Positions 1 to 8,378 are shown, counted from the first letter of the stretch. The stretch: 57,576 nt of DNA from a candidate division WOR-3 bacterium (GCA_037441285.1 JBBISL010000012.1:1-57576); one strand, 5' to 3'. The notes: generated from the sequence alone by a model not told the origin. Numbers and translations: made by a program.

Positions 1-459
1 CGCTACTCATCGACCGGTACGCTTCAGGGTAGTGGACTTTACAACAGCCCTTACAACAACGACGACAAGGGTGTTGGTATTGCGATTGACGGCAATCAGG
101 AGGTGGTGGTTACCGGCTTGAGTTTTGGCGGTGCGCCGGTTATGACCTATGACATCACCACGGTTAAGTACGACTCGGCGGTTCCGGGTATTGCTGAGGC
201 ACGACAGTTAACCGCCCGGTCGCAACCGGAACTGCGGCTTAAGCCTAATCCGGCGCGGGGCACGGTGCGAATCCAGTTGAATGGTTCAACCGGGGTGCTC
301 AGGCTCTGGGCGGTTAATGGTGCCCTGTGTCGGGAAACCTTGACCCCGGAAGGCTCAAGCGGCTACAGTCTGAACCTTAATGGAGTGGCGCCGGGTGTTT
401 ACCTTGTTGAAGTTAAATCCGGGGTTTTAAGCCGGCGGGCAAAGTTGATTGTTGAGTAA
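1..459 (+). CDS. 3' end of a secreted SBBP-type beta-propeller repeat protein with T9SS-type C-terminal sorting domain (5'-truncated by the window edge)
   Basis: Frame is open from base 1 (RYSSTG...GIAIDGNQEVVVTGLS...DITTVKY, the same repeat as in 28468-31404), then GIAE linker and C-terminal PNP...GVYLV...KLIVE. Confidence 0.8.
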   Translation, partial: RYSSTGTLQGSGLYNSPYNNDDKGVGIAIDGNQEVVVTGLSFGGAPVMTYDITTVKYDSAVPGIAEARQLTARSQPELRLKPNPARGTVRIQLNGSTGVLRLWAVNGALCRETLTPEGSSGYSLNLNGVAPGVYLVEVKSGVLSRRAKLIVE

Positions 460-507
460 GCGGGCTCAACATACATAAACGGGTTTTGCGCCAGCCCAAA
501 TTTTTGC

Positions 508-536
508 TTGACAAAAGGGTCAGGGTTCGGTATAAT
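508..536 (+). promoter_or_regulatory. sigma70-type promoter
   Basis: TTGACA(508-513)-17 nt-TATAAT(531-536), perfect consensus upstream of the 672 ORF. Confidence 0.85.
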
Positions 537-671
537 TTAATCGCAGGGTTTGCCCCGGTTTTAACAGCAGTGCGGGTTACGCTGCCCCAGAGGGCAGGTT
601 TGTTGTTACAATCGGGTTAGTGTTTTGCAAACCCCGGCATAAAAGGTAAAAACTCAAAAAGGAGGCATAAG

Positions 672-3600
672 ATGACCAAAAGGTATAAAGCAGCCTGGCT
701 GCTGGTGATTCTCGCCACCGCCGCCTTTGCGGCATCACCGGTAATGTCGGCTGCGAAGGTCCACTACCACTGGGCGCCGACCGCGTTCCATGCGGAGCCC
801 TGCACAAGGACCGACTGTGATGCGGCGACCATCTGGCATCCCGGTTCTGGACCGAATCCGCAGATTATCGGTGATGGCACCGACGGCACTTGGGTTTCGG
901 TACCAGCGCCAACGAGCAACGCCGACCGGATGTGCTCGGCGAACCCGTATGACATCACCAACAATATGGTCTATATGATTGGTGGTGACCCGAATGGCTA
1001 CTACGGTGTTGCTTACTGCCAGCGGTTCAATCCGGTTACCAACGCCTGGACCAACCTCGCTAATATGCCTGGTGCCCGTACCTGGCTGGATGGCGAAGGC
1101 TCCTACTGCCAGCATTTAGGGAAAATCTACATCGCAGGTGGTTACACCGGCTCTGCCAACAACAATATGTACATCTACGACATCGCTACGAACACCTGGA
1201 CAAGCGGGGCAACGATGCCTTCCGCGACCCTTGCCTATGCGTCCGGTATCTGGAACGACTCGTTAATCTACATTATGGGTGGTGCGGGTCCATCGCTCTC
1301 CGGCTCCAATGTGGTTCAGGTTTACAATGTGAACCAGAACACCTGGGCGACCGCAACAGCACTGCCTGAGGCCGGTGATATGGGTTCGGGCACAATCGTT
1401 GGTGACACCATCTACATCACCAACTTCTACAACCGGCAAAGCGGCGTACTCTGGGCGAATGCGCGTAAGGGTGCGATTAACCCGTCCAACCCGCTCTCCA
1501 TCACCTGGTCAACCTGGAGTGAGGTCCAGACCCTTGGCTTCAACGGCGGCACGACCCCTTGTCAGGGCTGGGTTTACCGTCTGGGCGGGTTCGCCAGTTT
1601 GAGCGGAGGGGTGCACAAGCGCGGCTGGCGTTACAACATCTCAACCGGCGCGGTTGAGACCCTGCCCTGGCTACCAAGCCCGCCGACTACCGGTGTTGCC
1701 CGCTGCAACTTCCTGTCCCATGCCAATTTGAGCAACGAAATCTTCAAGATTGCGGGTGACGACGAGGGAAACTGGAGCACACCCAACAACACCTATTACC
1801 GGAACCAGTTCACACCGCCGCACGATGTTGGCGTCTCGGTGATTGTTGAACCGTCTTCACCAAAACTGGAAATCGGTGTGCCGGTGACACCGACGGTTAT
1901 GGTGAAGAACTACGGTTTGAACAAGGAGTACAACTTCCCGGTTACCTTCCGGGTGGACTCAGCCGGAACCTTAGTTTACGATGATGCGATACTGATTGAC
2001 TCCATCGCGCCGGGTGAAGAGATTACGGTTACCTTCTCCAGTGACTGGACACCGAACTGTGAACTGTGGTCGGGCTACACCGTGTACTCGTTCACCTATC
2101 TCACCGGTGATGCGATTCCCAACAACGACACCTGCATGATGTACACGATTCACACCGTTGACACCATCTACTCTTACCGTTCCAGCAGTACACCTTCACT
2201 TGATGGCTACCTCGCGCCGGGTGAGTGGGACGACGCCTACTATGTGAGCTTACCCAATGTGTTTGGCTGGGAAGGCGACCCGTATCCATGGAATGCGGCA
2301 CGGGCGTGGTTGAAGCACGACGCAAACTACCTGTATGTCGCTTATGCGATGCCACTGGCTACCACTCGTGACATCGGAGACCAGATTGGCTTCTACCTGG
2401 ATGAGAATAACGACGGTCAGTGGGCAACCGACAACTCCGAAGGCAACTACTGGTACTGGGTGAACGGCTCAGGAGTGGATGAGGTGCTGTATCGACCGAT
2501 CACACCGAGCGGACCCGGGACTCCGGGTGTGGCACCTGGGGCGCAGTCGGTAACCGGCACATTCAACGGCTATCTCGTGTTTGAAACGAAGACACCGTTT
2601 GGAGTTCTGCCTTACCAGTTGAATATGAACCCGGCGGATGACACGGGCCATCTCTGGCTCTTTACACTGGACAACAACCGGTTCTTTGGCTGGTGGCCCG
2701 TAGATATGCCAGCCGACTCCTGGCTCCTGCCTTACTGGTACGGCACCCTGGTTCTCAAGACCCTGCAGACCGGTGATGTGGGTGTGAAGTCGATTGATGC
2801 CCCACGCAGCGCTCGTCCGGGCGATGCGGTTGTGCCCAAGGCGACCTGGAAGAACTTTGGCACGACATCAATGAACTTCACCGCCTACTACCTGATGGAT
2901 GACCCGAGCGGAACCCGGGTTTACACCGAGTCGCAGACCGCAACCCTGGCGGGAGGTGAAGAGGTCCAGTTGACCTTCCCGTCCTATGTGGTCTCGACCG
3001 AGGGTGACTGGGCGGTTAAGTGCTCAACCGTTGCCGGCGGTGATGTCAATGCAGCAAACGACATCAAGACCGGCACATTCCGGGTGAGCACCGCGCCACC
3101 GGTAACTCCGGGCTGGGTTGAGGTGAAGTCGATTCCGGCTGCGGCAAAGGATGGCGCATTCCTCGCGTTCAATCCGGACAACGGGCTAATCTACGCTGCC
3201 CGGGGCTACAAGTCCGGTGACTTCTTCTCCTATGACCCGAATGCGGACAGTGCGGGTAACTGGACAACTCTGACTCCGATTCCGGCGACTGAAGGCAAAC
3301 TGCCCTACAAGGGTGCGAATGGCTGCTATGGTGATGGCTATATCTACGCCACCATCGGTAACAACACCCAGGGCTTCCTCCGTTACTCGGTTGAAGGCAA
3401 CTCCTGGGAGCCGCTGCAGCCGGTACCGCTGGGTGCGAGTGGCAAGAAGGTCAAGGGTGGCACCGACCTCGTGTATGTTGACGGCTATGTGTACCTGTTG
3501 AAGGGTTACAAGACCGACTTCTACCGGTACAATGTCGCGGCATCCGCCTGGGAGTCGCTGCCTGCCGCACCGGCCGGTGCTCGGCCCAAGTGGGACAAGG

Positions 3601-4328
3601 GCTCCTGGCTGGTCTGGGATGGTCAGAATACGCTCTACGCGCACAAGGCGAAGTACGGTGAGATGTGGACATTTGACCTGACAACCCAGCAGTGGGCTGC
3701 CGCCGCACTACCGGGTATGCCGACCTCAAGCAGCAAGACCGGCAAGAACAAGAAGTCCAAGGACGGTTCGGATGGCGCCTACTACAACGGCTACATCTAT
3801 GCGCTCAAGGGTGGCAACACCGTTGAGTGGTGGCGTTACGAGGTAGCCTCCGGCACCTGGACCGAACTTGACCCGATGCCGGAGATTGGTTCCACCGGCA
3901 AGAAGAAACGGGTCAAGGCGGGTGGCGCACTTGCCGGCTACGGTGACAACCCAATCTTCTTCGCCCTAAAGGGTGGCAAGACCCAGGAGTTCTGGCGCTA
4001 CTACGACACCACGGTTGTGCTGTTTGCCACGAAGCCGGAGCGCTCGGGCGTGATGGCGGAGCAGGTGAACGCGAACCGGTTCGGGTTCAGCGTGGCGCCG
4101 AATCCGGTGGTCAAGGGTTATGGCTTGCTCTCCTACAGCGTGCCGCAGCAGGCACCGGCGCGGTTGACGGTGTATGATGTGACCGGTCGAGATGTGATTC
4201 ATCTCACCTTTGTTGCGTCGGGCACCGGTACGCGCAACCTTGACCTGCGGTCGCTGGCAGCGGGTGTGTATCTGGTGAAGTTTGAGAGCGCCGGATACAA
4301 CGCGAGCCAGAAGCTCATCGTCCGGTAA
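672..4328 (+). CDS. Large secreted protein: N-terminal Kelch propeller, CARDB/Ig-like domains, DOMON-like domain, Lys-rich Kelch propeller, T9SS-type CTD
   Basis: AAGGAGG RBS, signal peptide, Kelch repeats (IYIAGG...YD...NTW), HDVGV/DVGV CARDB starts, C-terminal APNP...YDVTGR...GVYLV...KLIVR. Confidence 0.85.
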   Translation: MTKRYKAAWLLVILATAAFAASPVMSAAKVHYHWAPTAFHAEPCTRTDCDAATIWHPGSGPNPQIIGDGTDGTWVSVPAPTSNADRMCSANPYDITNNMVYMIGGDPNGYYGVAYCQRFNPVTNAWTNLANMPGARTWLDGEGSYCQHLGKIYIAGGYTGSANNNMYIYDIATNTWTSGATMPSATLAYASGIWNDSLIYIMGGAGPSLSGSNVVQVYNVNQNTWATATALPEAGDMGSGTIVGDTIYITNFYNRQSGVLWANARKGAINPSNPLSITWSTWSEVQTLGFNGGTTPCQGWVYRLGGFASLSGGVHKRGWRYNISTGAVETLPWLPSPPTTGVARCNFLSHANLSNEIFKIAGDDEGNWSTPNNTYYRNQFTPPHDVGVSVIVEPSSPKLEIGVPVTPTVMVKNYGLNKEYNFPVTFRVDSAGTLVYDDAILIDSIAPGEEITVTFSSDWTPNCELWSGYTVYSFTYLTGDAIPNNDTCMMYTIHTVDTIYSYRSSSTPSLDGYLAPGEWDDAYYVSLPNVFGWEGDPYPWNAARAWLKHDANYLYVAYAMPLATTRDIGDQIGFYLDENNDGQWATDNSEGNYWYWVNGSGVDEVLYRPITPSGPGTPGVAPGAQSVTGTFNGYLVFETKTPFGVLPYQLNMNPADDTGHLWLFTLDNNRFFGWWPVDMPADSWLLPYWYGTLVLKTLQTGDVGVKSIDAPRSARPGDAVVPKATWKNFGTTSMNFTAYYLMDDPSGTRVYTESQTATLAGGEEVQLTFPSYVVSTEGDWAVKCSTVAGGDVNAANDIKTGTFRVSTAPPVTPGWVEVKSIPAAAKDGAFLAFNPDNGLIYAARGYKSGDFFSYDPNADSAGNWTTLTPIPATEGKLPYKGANGCYGDGYIYATIGNNTQGFLRYSVEGNSWEPLQPVPLGASGKKVKGGTDLVYVDGYVYLLKGYKTDFYRYNVAASAWESLPAAPAGARPKWDKGSWLVWDGQNTLYAHKAKYGEMWTFDLTTQQWAAAALPGMPTSSSKTGKNKKSKDGSDGAYYNGYIYALKGGNTVEWWRYEVASGTWTELDPMPEIGSTGKKKRVKAGGALAGYGDNPIFFALKGGKTQEFWRYYDTTVVLFATKPERSGVMAEQVNANRFGFSVAPNPVVKGYGLLSYSVPQQAPARLTVYDVTGRDVIHLTFVASGTGTRNLDLRSLAAGVYLVKFESAGYNASQKLIVR

Positions 4329-4346
4329 GGCAAACCGGCTAAAAGT

Positions 4347-4377
4347 GAAGGGGGGCTTAAAGCCCCCCTTCTTTTTT
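4347..4377 (+). terminator. Intrinsic terminator between convergent genes
   Basis: GAAGGGGGGC-TTAAA-GCCCCCCTTC stem followed by TTTTTT. Confidence 0.85.
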
Positions 4378-4392
4378 ATTTAAGTTGTTAAC

Positions 4393-4938
4393 TTAATGGA
4401 TGACGAGAAAGCGGCGGACGATGTTGGGTTGCTCAGTTGAACGGAAGAAGTAAACTCCGGGCGTCAAGGGTCGGGAGCGCACCACCATTCCCGAAGCGTT
4501 CAGGATTTCAATCCGGGTGTCGGCAAGCAGATTGCTGAGCATTGCCGGAAAGGCAATCATACCCGGTGTCTCCTCAATGCCGGTCTGACCCGCAAACTTG
4601 ATTCTGACCAGGTCAAACGGCGGCGGGAACGAGTACCAGGAGTCGTTAACCGGGCGGTAGATGCTGTCACTTACTGGCATTCCGGCAACCATTGCCGAGT
4701 ATTTTATTATCGCGGGCCAGCCCGGAAACTCCGGGAACTGGAACTGATTGGTTTCACCCGGGTTTGCTTCCCAGCCCGGGGTTGGTATCCAGGTGCCGCT
4801 GGAGCCATAGAAAAAGTAGACCGAATCGACGGTTACCGGTTCTGTTTCGGTTGTCAGGTAGCCGGTAATCTGCCACTGGGCGGTGCTCAGTGTCACCAAT
4901 CCCAGGGCGATGAGGGTGATAAAGAACTTCTGGTTCAA
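4393..4938 (-). CDS. Small secreted hypothetical protein with a degenerate T9SS-like C-terminus
   Basis: AAGGAGG RBS before a TTG start, signal peptide, GIEE linker, ends LTPGVYF...RRFLVIH. Confidence 0.75.
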   Translation of the reverse strand: MNQKFFITLIALGLVTLSTAQWQITGYLTTETEPVTVDSVYFFYGSSGTWIPTPGWEANPGETNQFQFPEFPGWPAIIKYSAMVAGMPVSDSIYRPVNDSWYSFPPPFDLVRIKFAGQTGIEETPGMIAFPAMLSNLLADTRIEILNASGMVVRSRPLTPGVYFFRSTEQPNIVRRFLVIH

Positions 4939-4962
4939 AATTACCTCCTTTTTAATGCATTA

Positions 4963-4991
4963 AGTTTAGTCACACCATTTTTTAATGTCAA
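4963..4991 (-). promoter_or_regulatory. sigma70-type promoter
   Basis: Minus strand TTGACA-17 nt-TAAACT upstream of 4938. Confidence 0.65.
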
Positions 4992-5364
4992 GGAAAATAG
5001 TTGGGCAGGGTTGTGCCGATAAAATCAAAGCGGAGGTTTGCTGGGCAAAATCTGCTGGTCAGTTATAATAAAGGAAGATTTAACCCGGGTCAGGCGGTTT
5101 TGTTTTTCCAGCCTGTATACTTTAAAGTATAACAGCCGTAAACAGTTGTTTTCATATAACATATTGTAATTTAGATATTTAACACAATAGGACGCAATTT
5201 TCCATACCCAACCCCGGGGTAGTATCGGGGATAGTAAGGGAAATTGAATTATAAACGGTTTGTTAAGGTGTCTTTGGTTCATTTTACCGACGGATAATCG
5301 GAAGTAATAACCGGTTTGGGTGAGAGGTAAACACGGACTGGGTGGGTTGAGCCGAATCTCAGAC

Positions 5365-5393
5365 TTGACCGGGTACAATTTACCAGTTAAAAT
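5365..5393 (+). promoter_or_regulatory. sigma70-type promoter of the selenium-related cluster
   Basis: TTGACC(5365-5370)-17 nt-TAAAAT(5388-5393); predicted +1 near 5400-5401 coincides with an ATG. Confidence 0.75.
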
Positions 5394-5400
5394 TGGGATG

Positions 5401-5445
5401 ATGAACTCAGTTAGAGCCGTGGTTTGCAGGAGGTGGCGCAGATGA
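5401..5445 (+). CDS. Putative leaderless leader peptide uORF0, MNSVRAVVCRRWRR-UGA; Sec readthrough would extend it to TAG 5506-5508
   Basis: ATG 7 nt after the -10 box; UGA at 5443-5445 overlaps the next ATG and is followed by a SECIS-like hairpin. Confidence 0.5.
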   Translation: MNSVRAVVCRRWRR

Positions 5446-5549
5446 ACCGCCCATTTTACTGGAGCGGTCTGCTCCACCTTCAAGGACAAAATAGTGCGGC
5501 TCGTTTAGTTTCCCTTAAACAGTCAAGGACCGGCAGGCGGGAAAGATGA
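5442..5549 (+). CDS. Putative leader peptide uORF1 (35 aa, MNRPFYW...TGRRER-UGA); Sec readthrough would extend it to TAA 5601-5603
   Basis: AGGAGG at 5428-5433, ATGA overlap with the uORF0 stop, ends in a UGA followed by the second SECIS-like hairpin. Confidence 0.5.
   Translation: MNRPFYWSGLLHLQGQNSAARLVSLKQSRTGRRER
5460..5476 (+). promoter_or_regulatory. Bacterial SECIS-like hairpin 1
   Basis: TGGAGC-GGTCT-GCTCCA, starting 14 nt after UGA 5443-5445; loop resembles the E. coli fdhF SECIS apex (GCAGGUCUGC). Confidence 0.65.
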
Positions 5550-5632
5550 AACTCCAGTTTTTTGCCGGCGGTCTGCCGGTTCGTAAAAGTAAGTACCAAC
5601 TAAAAAACAACCAAACAAAACAAAGGAGGTAA
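5546..5632 (+). CDS. Putative leader peptide uORF2 (28 aa, MKLQFFAGG...KQRR)
   Basis: ATGA overlap with the uORF1 stop; its TAA ends 1 nt before the ATG at 5634. Confidence 0.45.
   Translation: MKLQFFAGGLPVRKSKYQLKNNQTKQRR
5564..5580 (+). promoter_or_regulatory. Bacterial SECIS-like hairpin 2
   Basis: GCCGGC-GGTCT-GCCGGT, starting 14 nt after UGA 5547-5549; same loop as hairpin 1 with compensatory stem changes. Confidence 0.65.
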
Positions 5633-5633
5633 A

Positions 5634-6425
5634 ATGGCAAAGCGCTACGACTACACCGGAAAGGATGTTCAGGAGGTTTATGACGGTCCGGGTGGTCTGC
5701 TCTGGGAAGCGGTGATGGGCGAGCAGATTCACTCGGGCGGACCAGAGGCGACCGACCGTCTGGCAAAGGCGCTGGGTTTGAAGCCCGGGATGCAGGTGCT
5801 TGATGTGTGCAGTGCGCTCGGGGCACCGGCAAGGCACATCGCCCAGAAGTACGGGGTGAAGGTTACCGGTCTGGACTTCACCAAGACGATGCTGGAAAAG
5901 GCAAGGCAGCGGACCAAAGAGGCAGGGCTTGACCATCTGATTACCTTTGTTGAAGGTACGGCGCTTGATATGCCGTTCAAGGCGAACACCTTTGATGTGG
6001 TCTGGGGTCAGGAGGCGTGGTGCTATGTGACCGACAAGGAGCTCCTGGTGCGGGAGTGTTATCGGGTGCTGAAGCCGGGCGGCAAGATTGGTTTTACCGA
6101 CTGGGTGATTACCGGCAAGGTAGAAGAAGATTTGCTCGCAAAACTTTACGAGTCAATGGCGTTCCCCTATATGGAGACATTTGAAGGGTGGCAGGAGGTT
6201 TTGCGCCGCGCCGGGTTCAAGGTGCTTGATGCCCAGGACCAGACCGAGGAGTTTGCCCGCTGCTTTGATGAGTACAAGGTGAAGGTGGAAGAGGATTTGA
6301 AGCCGGTAATTCTCCAGAACTTTGGCAAGGACCTGTTTGAGTTTGCGGTCAATCTGGTAAACCTGTGGCGCGATGCGGCGCATCGGCATCAGGTAGGAAG
6401 AGGCTTTTACATCGGGCAGAAGTGA
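5634..6425 (+). CDS. Class I SAM-dependent methyltransferase (sarcosine/dimethylglycine or phosphoethanolamine N-methyltransferase-like)
   Basis: AAAGGAGG RBS; motif I VLDVCSALG, VTGLD, FDVVW, RVLKPGG; N-terminal GEQIHSGG. Confidence 0.85.
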   Translation: MAKRYDYTGKDVQEVYDGPGGLLWEAVMGEQIHSGGPEATDRLAKALGLKPGMQVLDVCSALGAPARHIAQKYGVKVTGLDFTKTMLEKARQRTKEAGLDHLITFVEGTALDMPFKANTFDVVWGQEAWCYVTDKELLVRECYRVLKPGGKIGFTDWVITGKVEEDLLAKLYESMAFPYMETFEGWQEVLRRAGFKVLDAQDQTEEFARCFDEYKVKVEEDLKPVILQNFGKDLFEFAVNLVNLWRDAAHRHQVGRGFYIGQK

Positions 6426-6559
6426 GACGGCGTATCTGGTTCTGGGTGCTAATCGGGTTCGGTGCCGGGGCGCTGATTTTTGGTTCTTTCATTGGTGCCT
6501 GGGCACGAATTGGCTACTTCAGCAGTCAGATATGCCTCTCCTGTATGGGTTTGGTTTAA
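6422..6559 (+). CDS. 45-aa membrane peptide with C-terminal CxxC (CD1871A family-like)
   Basis: GTGA overlap with the upstream stop; one hydrophobic helix, then ICLSCMGLV terminus. Confidence 0.7.
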   Translation: MRRRIWFWVLIGFGAGALIFGSFIGAWARIGYFSSQICLSCMGLV

Positions 6560-6575
6560 GAAAAAGGAGGTGTTT

Positions 6576-8375
6576 ATGAGAGGTAAGTTACTGATAGTTG
6601 CCGGGCTATTTTTCCTGTCCGGCGCCGTAATGGCAGCGCAGCGGGTGATGGTGATGGAGGACTTCACCGCCACCTGGTGCACCTATTGTCCGGGTGCGGC
6701 ACGCGGTGCTGAGGAGTTGAAGTTTCGGGCGTTTGATTCGGTGGTGGTGATTGCCTATCACTCGTCAACCAGCGACCCGTTTTACACCGCAGAGGCGGCA
6801 AGCCGGTTGAGTTATTACGGTGTAACCGGTTACCCAACAATGGAACTGGATGGTGGACAGGCGGTGGTGGGCGGTTTGCATTACGGCACGATGTATCCGA
6901 CCTATCGGCAGTTCTTTGACATCAGAAAACTGGAGCCCAGTCCGCTTGATATCGGGTTGAGTGTCAACTACGACTCAGTGGCACGCAGCGGGGTGTTGAC
7001 AATTGTGGTCCGGAATACCAGTTCGAGCGCGGTCAGCGGTCAGTTGCACACCGTTTTGACCGAGAGTCACATCTACTACCCGTGGCAGGGGATGGATAGT
7101 CTGCACGATGTGGAACGGCTGATGCTGCCCGATGCCGGGGGCGAGGCGATAACAGTCAACCCCGGTGATTCGGTGGTGCGGACAAGGAATTTCACCGTCA
7201 ATTCGGGCTGGGTGGCAAGAAACTGCGAGTTTGTTGTGTTTATCCAGAACAACACGACCCGATGGATGTATCAGGGTGCGAGTATCGGGGTGATGCCGGA
7301 GCCGGAACTAAAGTTTGTCGGTTATCAGCCGGTCCTGCCGGTCCCCGGGGAAAACTTCAATCTGACGGTCGGGTTGCGTAACATCGGCAGTGCGGCGTTG
7401 AGTGGTGCCAGTGCGGTGCTGTCAACCGATGACCCTTATCTCACCGTGGTTCAGGCAACCAGCAGTTTCGGGCAAATCAACCGGGGTGAAGATGGTTATT
7501 GTAACACGCCGTTTCAACTGCAGGTGAGTGGTTCGTGCCCGGACCCGCATCAGGCGACGCTGAGGCTAGTAATTACGACAAGCGATATGGTGGTTGATAC
7601 GGTGACATTCCCTTTGAACATCACAACCAGCCCGGGTTTTGCCGATGATATGGAGCACGGTATCGGTGACTGGACCCATAGCGGCACCCGGGACAACTGG
7701 CACCTTTCGGATTATCGCGCCTCTTCACCCAGTTACTCCTGGTACTGCGGCGTTGAGTCAAACCACCAGTACACCAACGAGAACGATGCCCGGCTCGTGA
7801 CGCCGTTTTTTACCCTGGGCGACTCTGCCTGGGTGCGGTTTAATCATTACTACGACACCGAGGCGGACTTTGACTTCTGCGTGCTGGAGATAAACAACGG
7901 TTCACCTTTCTGGGTACCGCTCGGAATGTGGAGCGGGTCAAGTAACGGCTGGCAGCAGGAGGCGTTCGATTTAAGTCCGTTTCGGAATCAGACGGTGCGG
8001 TTGCGGTTCCGGTTTATCAGCGACTACAATGTTACGGGCGAGGGCTGGTATGTTGACGAATTTGAGTGTGGTACAAGGGTCGGCGTTGCCGAACAAGGGG
8101 TGCAGAGGGTGTTGCCGGTGCTGACGGTGAGCAGTCCGGTACGAACGCGCGCCGCGGTGCGGTTTGTCCTGCCCGCCGGGGTTAAGGCGGACGCGCGGGT
8201 TTACGACATCAGCGGGAAACTAATGCGACAACTGGGCGACAACCTGACTGGCAGCGGAAGCGTGGTCTGGAATCTGACCGATGCGACAGGCAAAAAGGTA
8301 AGTGCTGGTGGCTACTTTATCCGGTTGAGTTACAATAACACCACGGTCTGTGTGCCGGTGGTGGTGGTGCGATAA
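6576..8375 (+). CDS. Secreted Omp28-like thioredoxin-fold protein with immune-inhibitor-A/MAM-like beta-sandwich and T9SS/FlgD-type CTD
   Basis: AAGGAGG RBS and ATG at 6576; signal peptide; EDFTATWCTYCP, IAYH, YGVTGYPT; C-terminal YDISGKL...WNLTD...GGYF. Confidence 0.85.
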   Translation: MRGKLLIVAGLFFLSGAVMAAQRVMVMEDFTATWCTYCPGAARGAEELKFRAFDSVVVIAYHSSTSDPFYTAEAASRLSYYGVTGYPTMELDGGQAVVGGLHYGTMYPTYRQFFDIRKLEPSPLDIGLSVNYDSVARSGVLTIVVRNTSSSAVSGQLHTVLTESHIYYPWQGMDSLHDVERLMLPDAGGEAITVNPGDSVVRTRNFTVNSGWVARNCEFVVFIQNNTTRWMYQGASIGVMPEPELKFVGYQPVLPVPGENFNLTVGLRNIGSAALSGASAVLSTDDPYLTVVQATSSFGQINRGEDGYCNTPFQLQVSGSCPDPHQATLRLVITTSDMVVDTVTFPLNITTSPGFADDMEHGIGDWTHSGTRDNWHLSDYRASSPSYSWYCGVESNHQYTNENDARLVTPFFTLGDSAWVRFNHYYDTEADFDFCVLEINNGSPFWVPLGMWSGSSNGWQQEAFDLSPFRNQTVRLRFRFISDYNVTGEGWYVDEFECGTRVGVAEQGVQRVLPVLTVSSPVRTRAAVRFVLPAGVKADARVYDISGKLMRQLGDNLTGSGSVVWNLTDATGKKVSAGGYFIRLSYNNTTVCVPVVVVR

Positions 8376-8378
8376 GGG

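Noticed and set aside
5025..5489. 154-aa minus-strand ORF over the AT-rich intergenic region
   Set aside because: No RBS or recognisable motif, atypical composition, and it is antisense to the promoter and leader.
5400..5633. Cobalamin, SAM or glycine riboswitch in the operon leader
   Set aside because: I could not find the conserved cores (B12 box, SAM-I core, glycine aptamer); the UGA-hairpin repeat explains the region better.
5671..5706. Third AGGAGG-ATGA...GGTCTGC motif inside the methyltransferase gene
   Set aside because: The UGA is out of frame with the gene, its distance to the loop is about 10 nt shorter than in the two leader units, the stem is weak, and the sequence is explained by the codons for QEVYDGPGGLL.
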